A DNA stretch of 64,000 bases from Candidatus Heimdallarchaeota archaeon (GCA_011364965.1 RDOB01000004.1:392769-456768), one strand, 5' to 3'. Counted from the first letter of the stretch, positions 10,750-20,647 are shown. Made by a program: numbers and translations. Notes: generated by a model not told the origin, from the sequence alone.

Positions 10750-12126
10750 TTGGCTGTAATTCATTCTATACTAGGAATTTCAGCAATTCCAAATGAATTT
10801 CAAATATTAACAATGAAATATTTTGGATTACAGGTAGTAGTATCAGGTATCTATCTAAGTTATGCTTGGATTTCTCTTTATTATTTAGTAATATTGAACT
10901 CGGTTTCATTGTATAGTTATATTGTTGCAATAGGTATGCTTTGCGGAGCATTATTAGATTTTCCTTTGGGACTAATAACTGACCGTTTTGGCCAGAAGAA
11001 AGCTTATTGTGGGGCTTTATCATGTCTTTTAATTTATTATTTAGGGTTAATATTTGCTAAAAGTGCATTTGACCTTCTAGTATTGGAAATTATTGTAGGA
11101 GTTTATTCAGCTTTAATTTCTGGATCCTTCATTACTTGGTTTATGAATTCTTGGGAACTAATCTCTATGAATATAGGAAAAGAGTCAAAAATCCAATTTA
11201 ATGCAATTATGAGTAATATTAATTCTATTAAAACAGTCCTAGTAGCTACAATGACTATCTTTGGAGGTTTTTTATTAAATAAATTAGCTATTCCTCCTCA
11301 AGGCATTTTTCTCTTACAATCTGCAATAGCAGGCTTTGGAATTCTATTAGGAATTCGATTTTTGAACACCCCAATCACAGAAAGCAGAATGGAATCTGAA
11401 GTTCCAAGATCTGATAGGACTAATGGTTTTCATACATTAGCTAAAATTAGAGAACTGATATTACTTCTTCAATCACGATATGCCAAGGTAACAATCTTCT
11501 TTCTCAGCTTATCCCTTTTGGGTTTTACATCAATGGCATTTCAGACACTGCTTTTCACGCCATTATTATACGAATTAACCACTCACTCCCCTATTTTTAA
11601 ATCCACTGAGAAAATTTTGATAACATATACTACATTATCAATATTTCTAATTTCCTTTATACAAGCTGGTTCCGATTTTATCCACGCGATTGCATGTAGG
11701 CTGTCTGGACGAATATTCAACAATGTTATTTCCCCTTATCGAATTTTAATTGTCATTTATTCATTGATTTATCCAGTTGTGTGGTTATTTCTCGTATTTC
11801 TCCTCTCATCTAGTGTTCCAAAGTATTTCAAACTTATTGGCGTAATAAGTATTTACTTAATACGATTAATTATAGTTGGTCTAATTTCAAGTTTGTATTG
11901 GCAATTTTATATGAAAATTACTATAGTTAAAATTCGAAGTTCTCAAGAATCGTTATTTAATACTATTTACCTAGTAGTTTCAGTTTTGGGATTTGCTCTA
12001 ATTGGTATTATCATAGAAAGATTCAGTTTGGAATCTAGTCTTCTTAGTCTTTTTATAATTAGTACCCTTGGCATTTTCCTTTTAATTATTGGGGATTATG
12101 CTGAAATTTCTATTAAAAATAATTGA
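10750..12126 (+). CDS. MFS transporter
   Basis: About 12 hydrophobic segments; motif A-like DFPLGLITDRFGQK; SALISGS. Confidence 0.85.
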   Translation: MAVIHSILGISAIPNEFQILTMKYFGLQVVVSGIYLSYAWISLYYLVILNSVSLYSYIVAIGMLCGALLDFPLGLITDRFGQKKAYCGALSCLLIYYLGLIFAKSAFDLLVLEIIVGVYSALISGSFITWFMNSWELISMNIGKESKIQFNAIMSNINSIKTVLVATMTIFGGFLLNKLAIPPQGIFLLQSAIAGFGILLGIRFLNTPITESRMESEVPRSDRTNGFHTLAKIRELILLLQSRYAKVTIFFLSLSLLGFTSMAFQTLLFTPLLYELTTHSPIFKSTEKILITYTTLSIFLISFIQAGSDFIHAIACRLSGRIFNNVISPYRILIVIYSLIYPVVWLFLVFLLSSSVPKYFKLIGVISIYLIRLIIVGLISSLYWQFYMKITIVKIRSSQESLFNTIYLVVSVLGFALIGIIIERFSLESSLLSLFIISTLGIFLLIIGDYAEISIKNN

Positions 12127-12141
12127 TTTGCCAGTTATATT

Positions 12142-13338
12142 TTATAGATATTCACTAGGAGTACTTGGGGGTCTACTACCAGATAGAACTTTTTTAATAG
12201 CCTTCTTGAAATCATTAAAAGTAACACGTGTTCGTTTTTCTCTAATCGCAAACATCCCTGATTCCTGTGTGATCGCTCGTATATCTGCACCAGAAGCGTT
12301 GGCTGTTTCACTTGCTAAATATGAATAATCAACTTTTGAATCCACATTCATCGTACGTGTGTGAATTTTGAATATTTCTTGTCTCTCCTCATGTGTAGGT
12401 AAGAGAAACTCAATATGTCTATCAAATCGACCTGGTCGTAATAGCGCTGGATCTAAAATATCAACTCGGTTTGTTGCTCCGATAATTTTCACATCCCCTC
12501 TTGGAGAGAAACCATCCAATTCACTTAGAAGCTGCATTAAGGTTCGTTGTACTTCTCGGTCTCCGCTTGTAGCAATATCAAGACGTTTACTTCCAATTGC
12601 ATCTAATTCGTCAATAAACAAAATACTCGGGGAATTGTCCCGTGCGAAAGCAAATACCTCTCTAACCAGTCTTGCTCCTTCTCCAATATACTTTTGAACC
12701 AATTCGGATCCGATGACTCGAATAAAGGTAGCTTTGGTTTCATGAGCCACTGCTTTGACCATTAATGTCTTACCTGAACCAGGAGGTCCATGTAATAGTA
12801 CTCCTTTTGGTGGTTCAATTCCAACTTTCACAAACAATTCTGGTTGTAATAGCGGTAGTTCAACAGTTTCTTTAAGCTCTTGTAGTTGTAATTTAAGGCC
12901 GCCGATATCCGTATAGGTCTCTGTTGGCTTTGAATCAACCTCCATGGAGCGTACTAGCGGGTCTCGTGATTGAGGTAGTACTTCAAGAATTGCAAAATTT
13001 CTTTGATGAAGTGCTACTCTTGCACCTGCTATTAGTTCCTCTCTGGATATTGAAGAATCAATTACAACAACAAAAGATGGACCTGTAGAGCTTTTTACAA
13101 TAGCTTTCCCATTTTCCAGTATTTCTTGAATAGTCCCTGTAAACAATGGAGGTTGACGGAGTTTTTGCAATTCTAGCTTAAGATTATCTCTCTCCTCTTC
13201 TAATTTGTTACGCTGTACCTCAAGGAGCTGTCTTTCAGTTTCTAAGGCACGAATTCGTCTTTCCATGGTACGCGTATAGCTATCAGTGAAATCATCATAT
13301 GATTCTTTATTATCCACACTCTCAGGCATCAGTTCCAC
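12142..13338 (-). CDS. pan: Proteasome-activating nucleotidase
   Basis: Coiled coil-PP-OB domain, GPPGSGKT, KYIGEG, FIDELD, LLRPGRFDR. Confidence 0.98.
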   Translation of the reverse strand: MELMPESVDNKESYDDFTDSYTRTMERRIRALETERQLLEVQRNKLEEERDNLKLELQKLRQPPLFTGTIQEILENGKAIVKSSTGPSFVVVIDSSISREELIAGARVALHQRNFAILEVLPQSRDPLVRSMEVDSKPTETYTDIGGLKLQLQELKETVELPLLQPELFVKVGIEPPKGVLLHGPPGSGKTLMVKAVAHETKATFIRVIGSELVQKYIGEGARLVREVFAFARDNSPSILFIDELDAIGSKRLDIATSGDREVQRTLMQLLSELDGFSPRGDVKIIGATNRVDILDPALLRPGRFDRHIEFLLPTHEERQEIFKIHTRTMNVDSKVDYSYLASETANASGADIRAITQESGMFAIREKRTRVTFNDFKKAIKKVLSGSRPPSTPSEYL

Positions 13339-13393
13339 TACTTCAATCGATTGTTACTGTTTTAATAATGACTACTTTGATGAATTACTACAA

Positions 13394-13415
13394 AAAATCC
13401 TCTGCAGAGGATTTT
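13394..13415. promoter_or_regulatory. Perfect 22-bp palindrome in pan/mbf1 divergent intergenic region
   Basis: AAAATCCTCTGCAGAGGATTTT. Confidence 0.55.
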
Positions 13416-13759
13416 AATTTCTTAATCCTTTAACTGGATAGTTTGACATTAAATTTCTCTGTCAATTTATCAAACCAAAGCATTCTTTATTTATTTTTTG
13501 AAACAAACATTGGTTTTTCAATACACATTTAGCAAAAGATCTCTAGTAGGCATCCATAAAAATAAGTAATTTGCTAGTAATATATACGTCTAGTATATGT
13601 CTCGCTCTTCATGAGCTATTATTGTTTTAGGTGCGGTTCTCATCACACTCAAAAACCTTTACTGAAATTGAAACATGTGAGTTTGAAAAAAAGTTCAACA
13701 GATTAGCACCTTTATAACAATAAAATAACTTTAATCCAGATTAAGAGGAAGTTACGGAA

Positions 13760-14272
13760 TTGAACCGTATACAAACTTGCGAGATGTGTGGAATAGAAGC
13801 TCCAGTAACCCTTGTTGAAATTGATCATGTTGAGTTATATGCATGTCCAAAATGTGCAAAGTTTGGTAAACCCATCATTAGTTATCCACCAAAGAAATCA
13901 TCTACCCCTACAAAGAAACCAGTAGGAATGAAAAAATCTGAACCTCGTACGCTTAAACCTCCACGAAAAGATTTTCTTCACGATAAGATTTTAATTGATG
14001 GTTATGGAACCTTAATCCAAGAATCTAGAAAAGCTAAAGGTTTAGGCCGAGCAGAATTTGCAAAAATTATCAAAGAGAAGGAAACCCTTCTCGCTAGAAT
14101 AGAAACTGAAAAAGTATTACCAACTGATCGCATTGTGGCAAAAATCGAGCGCGAGCTAAATATTGAACTTAAAACTGAAGTTAGTGACGAAACTTCTACA
14201 ACTGACAGTTTTATTTCTAAATCAACCACATTAGGCTCGATCGCGAAGATAAAACGGAAAAAAGGTAAATAA
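13760..14272 (+). CDS. mbf1: Archaeal multiprotein bridging factor aMBF1
   Basis: CEMCG...CPKCAKFG zinc ribbon, Cro-like HTH, TTLGSIAKIK C-terminus. Confidence 0.95.
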   Translation: MNRIQTCEMCGIEAPVTLVEIDHVELYACPKCAKFGKPIISYPPKKSSTPTKKPVGMKKSEPRTLKPPRKDFLHDKILIDGYGTLIQESRKAKGLGRAEFAKIIKEKETLLARIETEKVLPTDRIVAKIERELNIELKTEVSDETSTTDSFISKSTTLGSIAKIKRKKGK

Positions 14273-14441
14273 TCTCGATTAAATATGCTCTTAGCTCCTC
14301 TCAATTAATCTAAAGGTCTATTGCTTAAGATCACGATAAACTTTAACAACTTGTCATAAAGACGGTAAAAATGAATATTTAGAGGTTTTAGCCCTCCCTC
14401 ATAAACTAGATCGGTAAAATATACCGTCTACAATCATAATA

Positions 14442-14849
14442 ATGGTTAAAGAGAAGATAAAATTGGTTATGCTTGATCCTCTAGCGAATGCGATGTCCTC
14501 TATAGCGAACGCTGAAGTTTTAGGTCGTAAAGAGGTGACCATAAGGCCAGCAAGTCGAATTATAGCAAATGTCCTTCGTGTGATACAGAAATATGGAGCA
14601 ATTGGTGAATTCGAAGTAATGGAAGATCTTTGGATTATTAATGTTCAATTGCTTGGTCGAATTTCAAAAATAGGAGTAATCAAACCTCGTTATCCCGTGA
14701 AAGTAACAGATTATGTTGAATGGGAAAAAAGATTTCTTCCTGCTCGAGACATGGGGATTCTTGTTGTTTCCACATCTGAAGGTGTAATGTCCCATCAGGA
14801 AGCAAAAGAACGAAATCTTGGCGGCCGTTTACTGGTCTACGCATACTAG
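14442..14849 (+). CDS. rps8: 30S ribosomal protein S8 (uS8); start may be the second Met
   Basis: [42 protein letters not shown]. Confidence 0.98.
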   Translation: MVKEKIKLVMLDPLANAMSSIANAEVLGRKEVTIRPASRIIANVLRVIQKYGAIGEFEVMEDLWIINVQLLGRISKIGVIKPRYPVKVTDYVEWEKRFLPARDMGILVVSTSEGVMSHQEAKERNLGGRLLVYAY

Positions 14850-14874
14850 AAACTATACAAAGAAGGTTACCTAT

Positions 14875-15426
14875 TTGACACATTATACAATTGAAAGAAT
14901 CATCGAGGTTCCTGAAAATATTACTGCTACGTTGACTGATGTACGTGGCGGCAAAAAAGTCTCCATAAAAGGAGATAAAGGCGAGTTAGAAAGAACATTT
15001 GTTAGGCTAACCGTTCAAATTACATATGAAGACAATAAATTCATCATTCAGAGTCATTTTGGCAAAAAAACAGAAGCTTCGATGGTTGGTACGATCACTG
15101 GTCATATAAAAAATATGATCAAAGGAGTTACAGATGGATTTACCTATAAAGTTCGAATAATAACCTCTCACTTTCCTGCGACCGTAGAAGTTCAAAAAGA
15201 TGTAATTCTAGTGAAGAATCTTTACGGAAGACGAGATCCAATCCGTGTCCCATACAATCAATCATTGAAAGTCAAAGTAGAAGGAGATCTCGTAGTTATA
15301 AGCGGAATAGACATCGAAATAGTTTCTCAGACTGCTGCTCGATTAGCAGAAGCTACTCGTCTCCGTGGTAAACGTAGTAAAGACCCAACTGTATTCCAAG
15401 ATGGGCTTTACGTGGTATATCCTTAA
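14875..15426 (+). CDS. rpl6: 50S ribosomal protein L6 (uL6)
   Basis: HIKNMIKGVTDGF, SHFP, DPTVFQDGLY. TTG 14875 chosen to avoid overlap with rps8. Confidence 0.96.
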   Translation: MTHYTIERIIEVPENITATLTDVRGGKKVSIKGDKGELERTFVRLTVQITYEDNKFIIQSHFGKKTEASMVGTITGHIKNMIKGVTDGFTYKVRIITSHFPATVEVQKDVILVKNLYGRRDPIRVPYNQSLKVKVEGDLVVISGIDIEIVSQTAARLAEATRLRGKRSKDPTVFQDGLYVVYP

Positions 15427-15527
15427 GTATGAACATAAATATCAAACCACCTTAGGCTCATTTCAAACAAAAAGTTCAAGAAATCTTGATCACCCTTTCA
15501 TATACCAAGATCATTAAGGAGCTTTAA

Positions 15528-15602
15528 GGGCCTGTAGCTTAGCCCGGTTAAAGCGTCCGGCTCATAACCGGATGAACGTGGGTTCAAATCCCCCCAGGCC
15601 CA
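15528..15602 (+). tRNA. tRNA with CAT anticodon (non-initiator; probably tRNA-Ile2, possibly elongator Met)
   Basis: GGGCCTG/CAGGCCC acceptor, TCCGG-CT-CAT-AA-CCGGA arm. Lacks initiator A1:U72 and the GGG/CCC anticodon stem. Confidence 0.92.
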
Positions 15603-15617
15603 TCATTTGCAACAAAA

Positions 15618-15723
15618 GGCATCATAGCTCAGTTAGGTAGAGCGTCCGGCTGTTACATTCTCTCTTGATTGGGGAGATACTACAGACACCGGGTGGTCGC
15701 AGGTTCAAATCCTGCTGGTGCCG
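15618..15723 (+). tRNA. tRNA-Asn(GTT) with 32-nt intron (15656-15687) at position 37/38
   Basis: GGCATCA/TGGTGCC acceptor, G73, anticodon GTT 15652-15654. BHB-like junction: CTGT/ACAG helix with TAC and ACA bulges. Confidence 0.93.
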
Positions 15724-15726
15724 TTT

Positions 15727-17580
15727 TTATTCTTTTTCTTCATTATCTGAAGGTAAAAAGTTACTCATGACCCTTTGGATTTTCGAAAAAGGAACACCCT
15801 TTGTAGCCACTAAACTACTGACCAAAATCATATTAATCTGTTCTTCTTCTTCCTCATTTATTTTTGCATCAGCTAATTGAATATTTGCAAATTGAGCAGC
15901 TAAAATTGGAAATTCTGGATTTGTATGGGGTACTTTTGTCAGTACAATTTTAATTCCTCTTATAAATTCAATTCCTAACTCAATTGTGTTATTTGATAAA
16001 GGAACTTCAAAGAAATCAAGGTTAAATGACATTTCCTCAACTTCAGCAACCGTTGGTTCTGTCTCGGAAGAGTAGATTGCAGTTTTCCCCAAAATTTCTA
16101 ACTTTATAGCCAATTGCTTTTGTTTAAAATCACTTTCACTTCTTAGGAGTTGTTTTAAAGTCAATCGTATAGAATGGTAGTATTTAGCATCACATTCATC
16201 CCCTAAATAATTGATCGCTTGAAGAAGTGCAAGTATTGCACGTGCAATGTCTTTTTCTGTCTCCTGATTGGAAAAAACTACCTCTCTTAAGTCCTGGGTT
16301 AGAATCATAATACTAACTTTCAGCAAATTTTCAAAAAATTGAGCATGAGTTAAATCCTCTGATTCCATAATAGATTCGTCTAATTCTGCAATTTCCTCCT
16401 CATCTATATGATAACTCTTCATCATTGCGGCTAATGCATCAAAATTATGTTTTTGTATTCCTGAAGGATATTGTTTACCATGGAGATATGCTGCCTTTAA
16501 AATAGGTGCAATTGCTGCGTTTAAACGATCCTTTGCCTCTTCTCCCTCTTTTTCTTCAAATACTGTCTCAATGAGTTCCGTGGCCTTGGACAGATGATAG
16601 AAAACAAAATCCTCTCCAAGAATATATTCTAGAGCCAAATTAAATATCGCGCCGAACCATTTTAAATGAAATCCTCTAGAAAATGAGAAACTGGTTAGGA
16701 AAATGTTTTCTAGATGCCACATTTCCCGGGTAATTAACGAGGGATTTACATAATATCTATCAAAAACGTAATGTTTTAATTCTCTCGAAGGAGAGTAATT
16801 TCGTGAATCTACTTCTAATACCATTGAAGGAAGCCAAATCGGAATTAAAGATACAGTATAGTTAAAAGCTCGAGCAAATTCCTCTAAATCGTCAGTTCTA
16901 ATCTTACCTTTAATAAAAGGATCACCAAAACTTGGAGGAGATATAATTGCATTATTATCTCCATAACCTAATTCAATCTTATAATATTCAAGTAAGGAAT
17001 CACTTAACCCTCTTTTCATCATTTCTACGTTTACGTAAATATCTTTTAAACAATATAAAGCCATTTGGGATATATCTGTCAAGAATTTGTAGACAATTTC
17101 CTTAGAAAAGTTCTCTGAAGGAATTAAATCAGCTAAATCTTTGAAAAAAGTTAGAGTTCTAGCTAATGAAGCTTTTAGTCGTACTTCTATCCCTCGTTGT
17201 CTTTGAACGGAATGTAAAAGTTCATGGGTTAATAAACCAAGAAATCCGTTATTATTTTCTGGATTCAATAGAGGTGTGTCAGCTTCCAGCTGAATGAAAA
17301 CAAATTCTTTCTCTTCATAACCATAGGAAAATGAAGTTTGAAATGGATCTAGAAAAAAAGACCTTAAAGTTTTCATTTGGGCTTCAGGTAAATCTAATGA
17401 ATTTAAAAAATTCTTTACTTCTTTAGAATCATTAATATCTGAAAAAACTATCGTCAAATTCTCAATATGTTGACAGAAAGATTCAATAATTGGATTTGAT
17501 AACTTAACTAGAATTTCTGATTCAGATGGCCTTAGAAAGTCAAGAAAGATTATCTTTGGTTGTTTTACTAATTCTTCCAA
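15727..17580 (-). CDS. Hypothetical acidic, helical protein with HExxH (zincin-like) motif
   Basis: 617-aa ORF; GLLTHELLHSVQR followed by KDIYVN. Confidence 0.6.
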   Translation of the reverse strand: MEELVKQPKIIFLDFLRPSESEILVKLSNPIIESFCQHIENLTIVFSDINDSKEVKNFLNSLDLPEAQMKTLRSFFLDPFQTSFSYGYEEKEFVFIQLEADTPLLNPENNNGFLGLLTHELLHSVQRQRGIEVRLKASLARTLTFFKDLADLIPSENFSKEIVYKFLTDISQMALYCLKDIYVNVEMMKRGLSDSLLEYYKIELGYGDNNAIISPPSFGDPFIKGKIRTDDLEEFARAFNYTVSLIPIWLPSMVLEVDSRNYSPSRELKHYVFDRYYVNPSLITREMWHLENIFLTSFSFSRGFHLKWFGAIFNLALEYILGEDFVFYHLSKATELIETVFEEKEGEEAKDRLNAAIAPILKAAYLHGKQYPSGIQKHNFDALAAMMKSYHIDEEEIAELDESIMESEDLTHAQFFENLLKVSIMILTQDLREVVFSNQETEKDIARAILALLQAINYLGDECDAKYYHSIRLTLKQLLRSESDFKQKQLAIKLEILGKTAIYSSETEPTVAEVEEMSFNLDFFEVPLSNNTIELGIEFIRGIKIVLTKVPHTNPEFPILAAQFANIQLADAKINEEEEEQINMILVSSLVATKGVPFSKIQRVMSNFLPSDNEEKE

Positions 17581-17762
17581 GATTCACTCATCCTAAGAAG
17601 TAAAGCTCGAGTTTAGTAGCACTACTCCTTTATGTTAAATAATTTAGCTTGCTCTACAAAACAGACCGAAAGAGAGAAGTTGAAACCTCAATTTGTTATT
17701 TTAAGTAACCAAAAATAACCAAAAACAATAGTTCCAGCTTCTTTATGAATTTAAAACCATAT

Positions 17763-19934
17763 TTACGGATTTTTATACCTATCTAGAGATAAAGGATCTA
17801 TATGAGCAAGGTTATATTGCTCTTGGAGAGCTTTTACAGCGGGTTGTTTTTGAATCAGCTTGATGTCTGAAACTAATTCAGGTTTTAGATGAAATTCATT
17901 TGATTTCATAAGTGTGACTTCTCCATTTACAGAAATAATAAATCTTCTTTCATCAGGTTTTATTTTCAAAAGACTCTTTAAATGTTCATAATTCTCAAGG
18001 GATATACCTAATAGGGTTGACACTGCTCTTGGATCATGTTTAGTATAAAAAAATACCATTACACCAGCATTAGAAAGCATCGATTGATCTACCACTGGAT
18101 CTGTCCCAATAAAAATCATTGAAACATCGTATGCTCTTAATGTCCAAGGTCCACGGGCTATCATGGATCCTGATGATTTTGTATATGAATGAGGAGCTGG
18201 TATAAGTTTTTGTATCTCATCTAAAATAAAAATATTCTTTGGAAGCCCTTCTTCTTTGAATGATAATCGAGAAATGCGTAAAAAATAATATAAATATTGA
18301 AAAACTATATCTAAAAAAATTTGTCGTCCTTTTTGATCTTCCATGGCTTCAAAAGCTGATAAATCAATGATTACATTTTCCTCAATTAATTTAGTAATCG
18401 CAAAAGTTGTTTCTTTGACGCATAGACATCTCCCAATGTTTCCAAACATAAGTTTTTCTACTCGGTTTAGTACACTAGCAGAGGTACTCTCAATATAGGC
18501 GCCTCTCATATTAACCTTTTCGGGATACTCAATAAAGTGTGTAAAATCCTTAAAATTTCCCTCTTGGTTGATTGTTCTAATTATCGCTAAACGCAATAAC
18601 TGTCTCATTTGAGGTGAAACTTTATCTTGATTATCATCAAAAATTTGTTCAAAAACAGAGATAACAAAGTGAATGTGATCTTCTTTGTCAATAATGTACT
18701 CACCTTGATCATTTTTGGGGATTTGGAAAACATTAATACCCCATGGAAATGAAGTCGATCCTGGTTTTAAAAAAGAAAAATCTTTGCAGAATGTGGAAAT
18801 CGGGAATAGATATTCTCCTTTTGGATCGAAAATTAAGAATTTTGAGCTTTGGGTATAAAATTCTCGAATTAAACCGAAAATAAATCTACTTTTCCCCTCT
18901 CCAGTCATCCCAAAAACTGCGATGTGTCTACATAGATCCTTTCCATTTATTGTTAATTGCTCATCTGATGTTTTGCCACTAAAAATGGGGATGCCGATAT
19001 TAATTGACTGTCTCATGTTCTGTGAAAAAACCCGAGTTGAAAGTTGATATCGTGATTTGTGGGGAATAAGTGAATAACCATTCTTGGTAAATTGCCTTTG
19101 CGGAGGACTGATATACGACATTAAAGAAAAACCATCAACAACAATGGGTAACACTAATTTTCTTTTCCGACAAATGTTCATGAAAGAAGAAATTCGATTC
19201 CAAAATGATGGATAAACTTTACTGGACAGACCATACGATGAGAAAATAACTGTAATCCTTTCTATTTTCGATCTTAAAATTTCTGAATCAGTTTCCACTA
19301 AAATGATACGGGGAGAAAACTCAAAACAACCTAATTCATTCATTATATCTTCTATTGTCGTATTATAATGCCTATCTATCCTTCCTTCTTGGATATTGAA
19401 CTTAATCTGAGTTATCCTTGGCTCTTCAGGTAAAAATTCCTTCGGAATTTTCTTTTTTGATCTGAAAATAAATTGGATGAAAGCAAAATGGGGGGAATCA
19501 GTGAGAATTTCTAATAAAGCTTCCGAAAAATTGATTGTTGTACTCAATGGCAATTTAATATCATATGAACGTCCTATTAGTCCCCCAGTAAAGAATTGTT
19601 CCCTTTCTGGATCCAAAGCAAACTTATTTTGTAAGATATTCAGAACAATAGAAATTGGGTAGTTTCCCAAGCTTTGAAAGTCTGGATGTAACCCTAAATC
19701 AGTAAGAAATTGCTTTATGCTAGCAAAACCATGAGTATCTCTATTTTTTTTCAGGATTCCTTTTGTATTACAGGTTATAGTCACATATATCGCGTCTGGA
19801 GAGAATATGGAATATTCAAGACTAAAGGTGGAATGAGATGCTTTCAATGCTTGAATTGCGTTGATTTTGGCGTTTTCTGGAATGTAATCGAGGAAAACTG
19901 CTTCAGCACTATAATCCATAAAACCATCACACAT
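17763..19934 (-). CDS. HerA/VirB4-like (DUF87) P-loop ATPase
   Basis: RHIAVFGMTGEGKS, LIFDPKGEY, GINVF, VIIDLS, FILDEIQ. Confidence 0.85.
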   Translation of the reverse strand: MCDGFMDYSAEAVFLDYIPENAKINAIQALKASHSTFSLEYSIFSPDAIYVTITCNTKGILKKNRDTHGFASIKQFLTDLGLHPDFQSLGNYPISIVLNILQNKFALDPEREQFFTGGLIGRSYDIKLPLSTTINFSEALLEILTDSPHFAFIQFIFRSKKKIPKEFLPEEPRITQIKFNIQEGRIDRHYNTTIEDIMNELGCFEFSPRIILVETDSEILRSKIERITVIFSSYGLSSKVYPSFWNRISSFMNICRKRKLVLPIVVDGFSLMSYISPPQRQFTKNGYSLIPHKSRYQLSTRVFSQNMRQSINIGIPIFSGKTSDEQLTINGKDLCRHIAVFGMTGEGKSRFIFGLIREFYTQSSKFLIFDPKGEYLFPISTFCKDFSFLKPGSTSFPWGINVFQIPKNDQGEYIIDKEDHIHFVISVFEQIFDDNQDKVSPQMRQLLRLAIIRTINQEGNFKDFTHFIEYPEKVNMRGAYIESTSASVLNRVEKLMFGNIGRCLCVKETTFAITKLIEENVIIDLSAFEAMEDQKGRQIFLDIVFQYLYYFLRISRLSFKEEGLPKNIFILDEIQKLIPAPHSYTKSSGSMIARGPWTLRAYDVSMIFIGTDPVVDQSMLSNAGVMVFFYTKHDPRAVSTLLGISLENYEHLKSLLKIKPDERRFIISVNGEVTLMKSNEFHLKPELVSDIKLIQKQPAVKALQEQYNLAHIDPLSLDRYKNP

Positions 19935-20260
19935 AAGAACAGAATAGCTATCAACTGAAATTTTGAAGGTCGAATACTTCGTTTTATTAAATATTCATAA
20001 GATATTTATTTAAGCACCCTAGAATTCCCAATAATGCTAATTCAAAGGATATTTTTACTTTTTTTCGTACTTTGATAAGTTTGGGTGGTTAAAAGAGAAG
20101 TTGTGTCTTCAATCTTGAGTTTGCATAGAACTAAATCCAAACTCAGGAAGTTAAATCAAAGATGCCCCCATTTGGAAAACCACCAGGAACTAGCTAAAGT
20201 TTTTGTATAAGCAGGAACTCCCCTCTTCCTTTTCTTTTTTTCTCTTTCATGGTTATGAGA

Positions 20261-20647
20261 CTAACACTTTTTGACAACAATCTTGAAGTCTGTAGCGTCA
20301 GGACAACAAGATTCAATAAAACCGAGAACTCGACTCATTCGGGAAGTTATCTTTAAAACCATGCTTGAACCTTTGGAAGTTAATTTGTATGTCTTGATCC
20401 TCTGATCCTTAATACCATCCTTTGTGGTTCGAATATTTGGATCATCTTCTGTTTTCTCTTCGATTAAACCTTTCTCAACTAAGGATTGAATGATTTTGTA
20501 CGTTGCACCTGTGGAAGGAGACCAATCTTCCCCTAGGCTCTCCTGAAGCCGATTAACGATTTCATAACCAGCTAGAGATTCAGAATTATGAAGCACTAGA
20601 AGGAATAAAGCTTCTGTGGGAGTAATGTCCAAATTTTTCCCAAGCAA
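20261..20647 (-). CDS. PadR-family transcriptional regulator with C-terminal cysteines
   Basis: AGYEI, WSPSTGATYKIIQSLVEKGLI, YKLTSKG; ends SCCP...KKC. Confidence 0.88.
   Translation of the reverse strand: MLGKNLDITPTEALFLLVLHNSESLAGYEIVNRLQESLGEDWSPSTGATYKIIQSLVEKGLIEEKTEDDPNIRTTKDGIKDQRIKTYKLTSKGSSMVLKITSRMSRVLGFIESCCPDATDFKIVVKKC

Noticed and set aside
15665-15880. 71-aa ORF overlapping tRNA-Asn
   Set aside because: It overlaps the tRNA and is antisense to the 617-aa gene; a shadow ORF.
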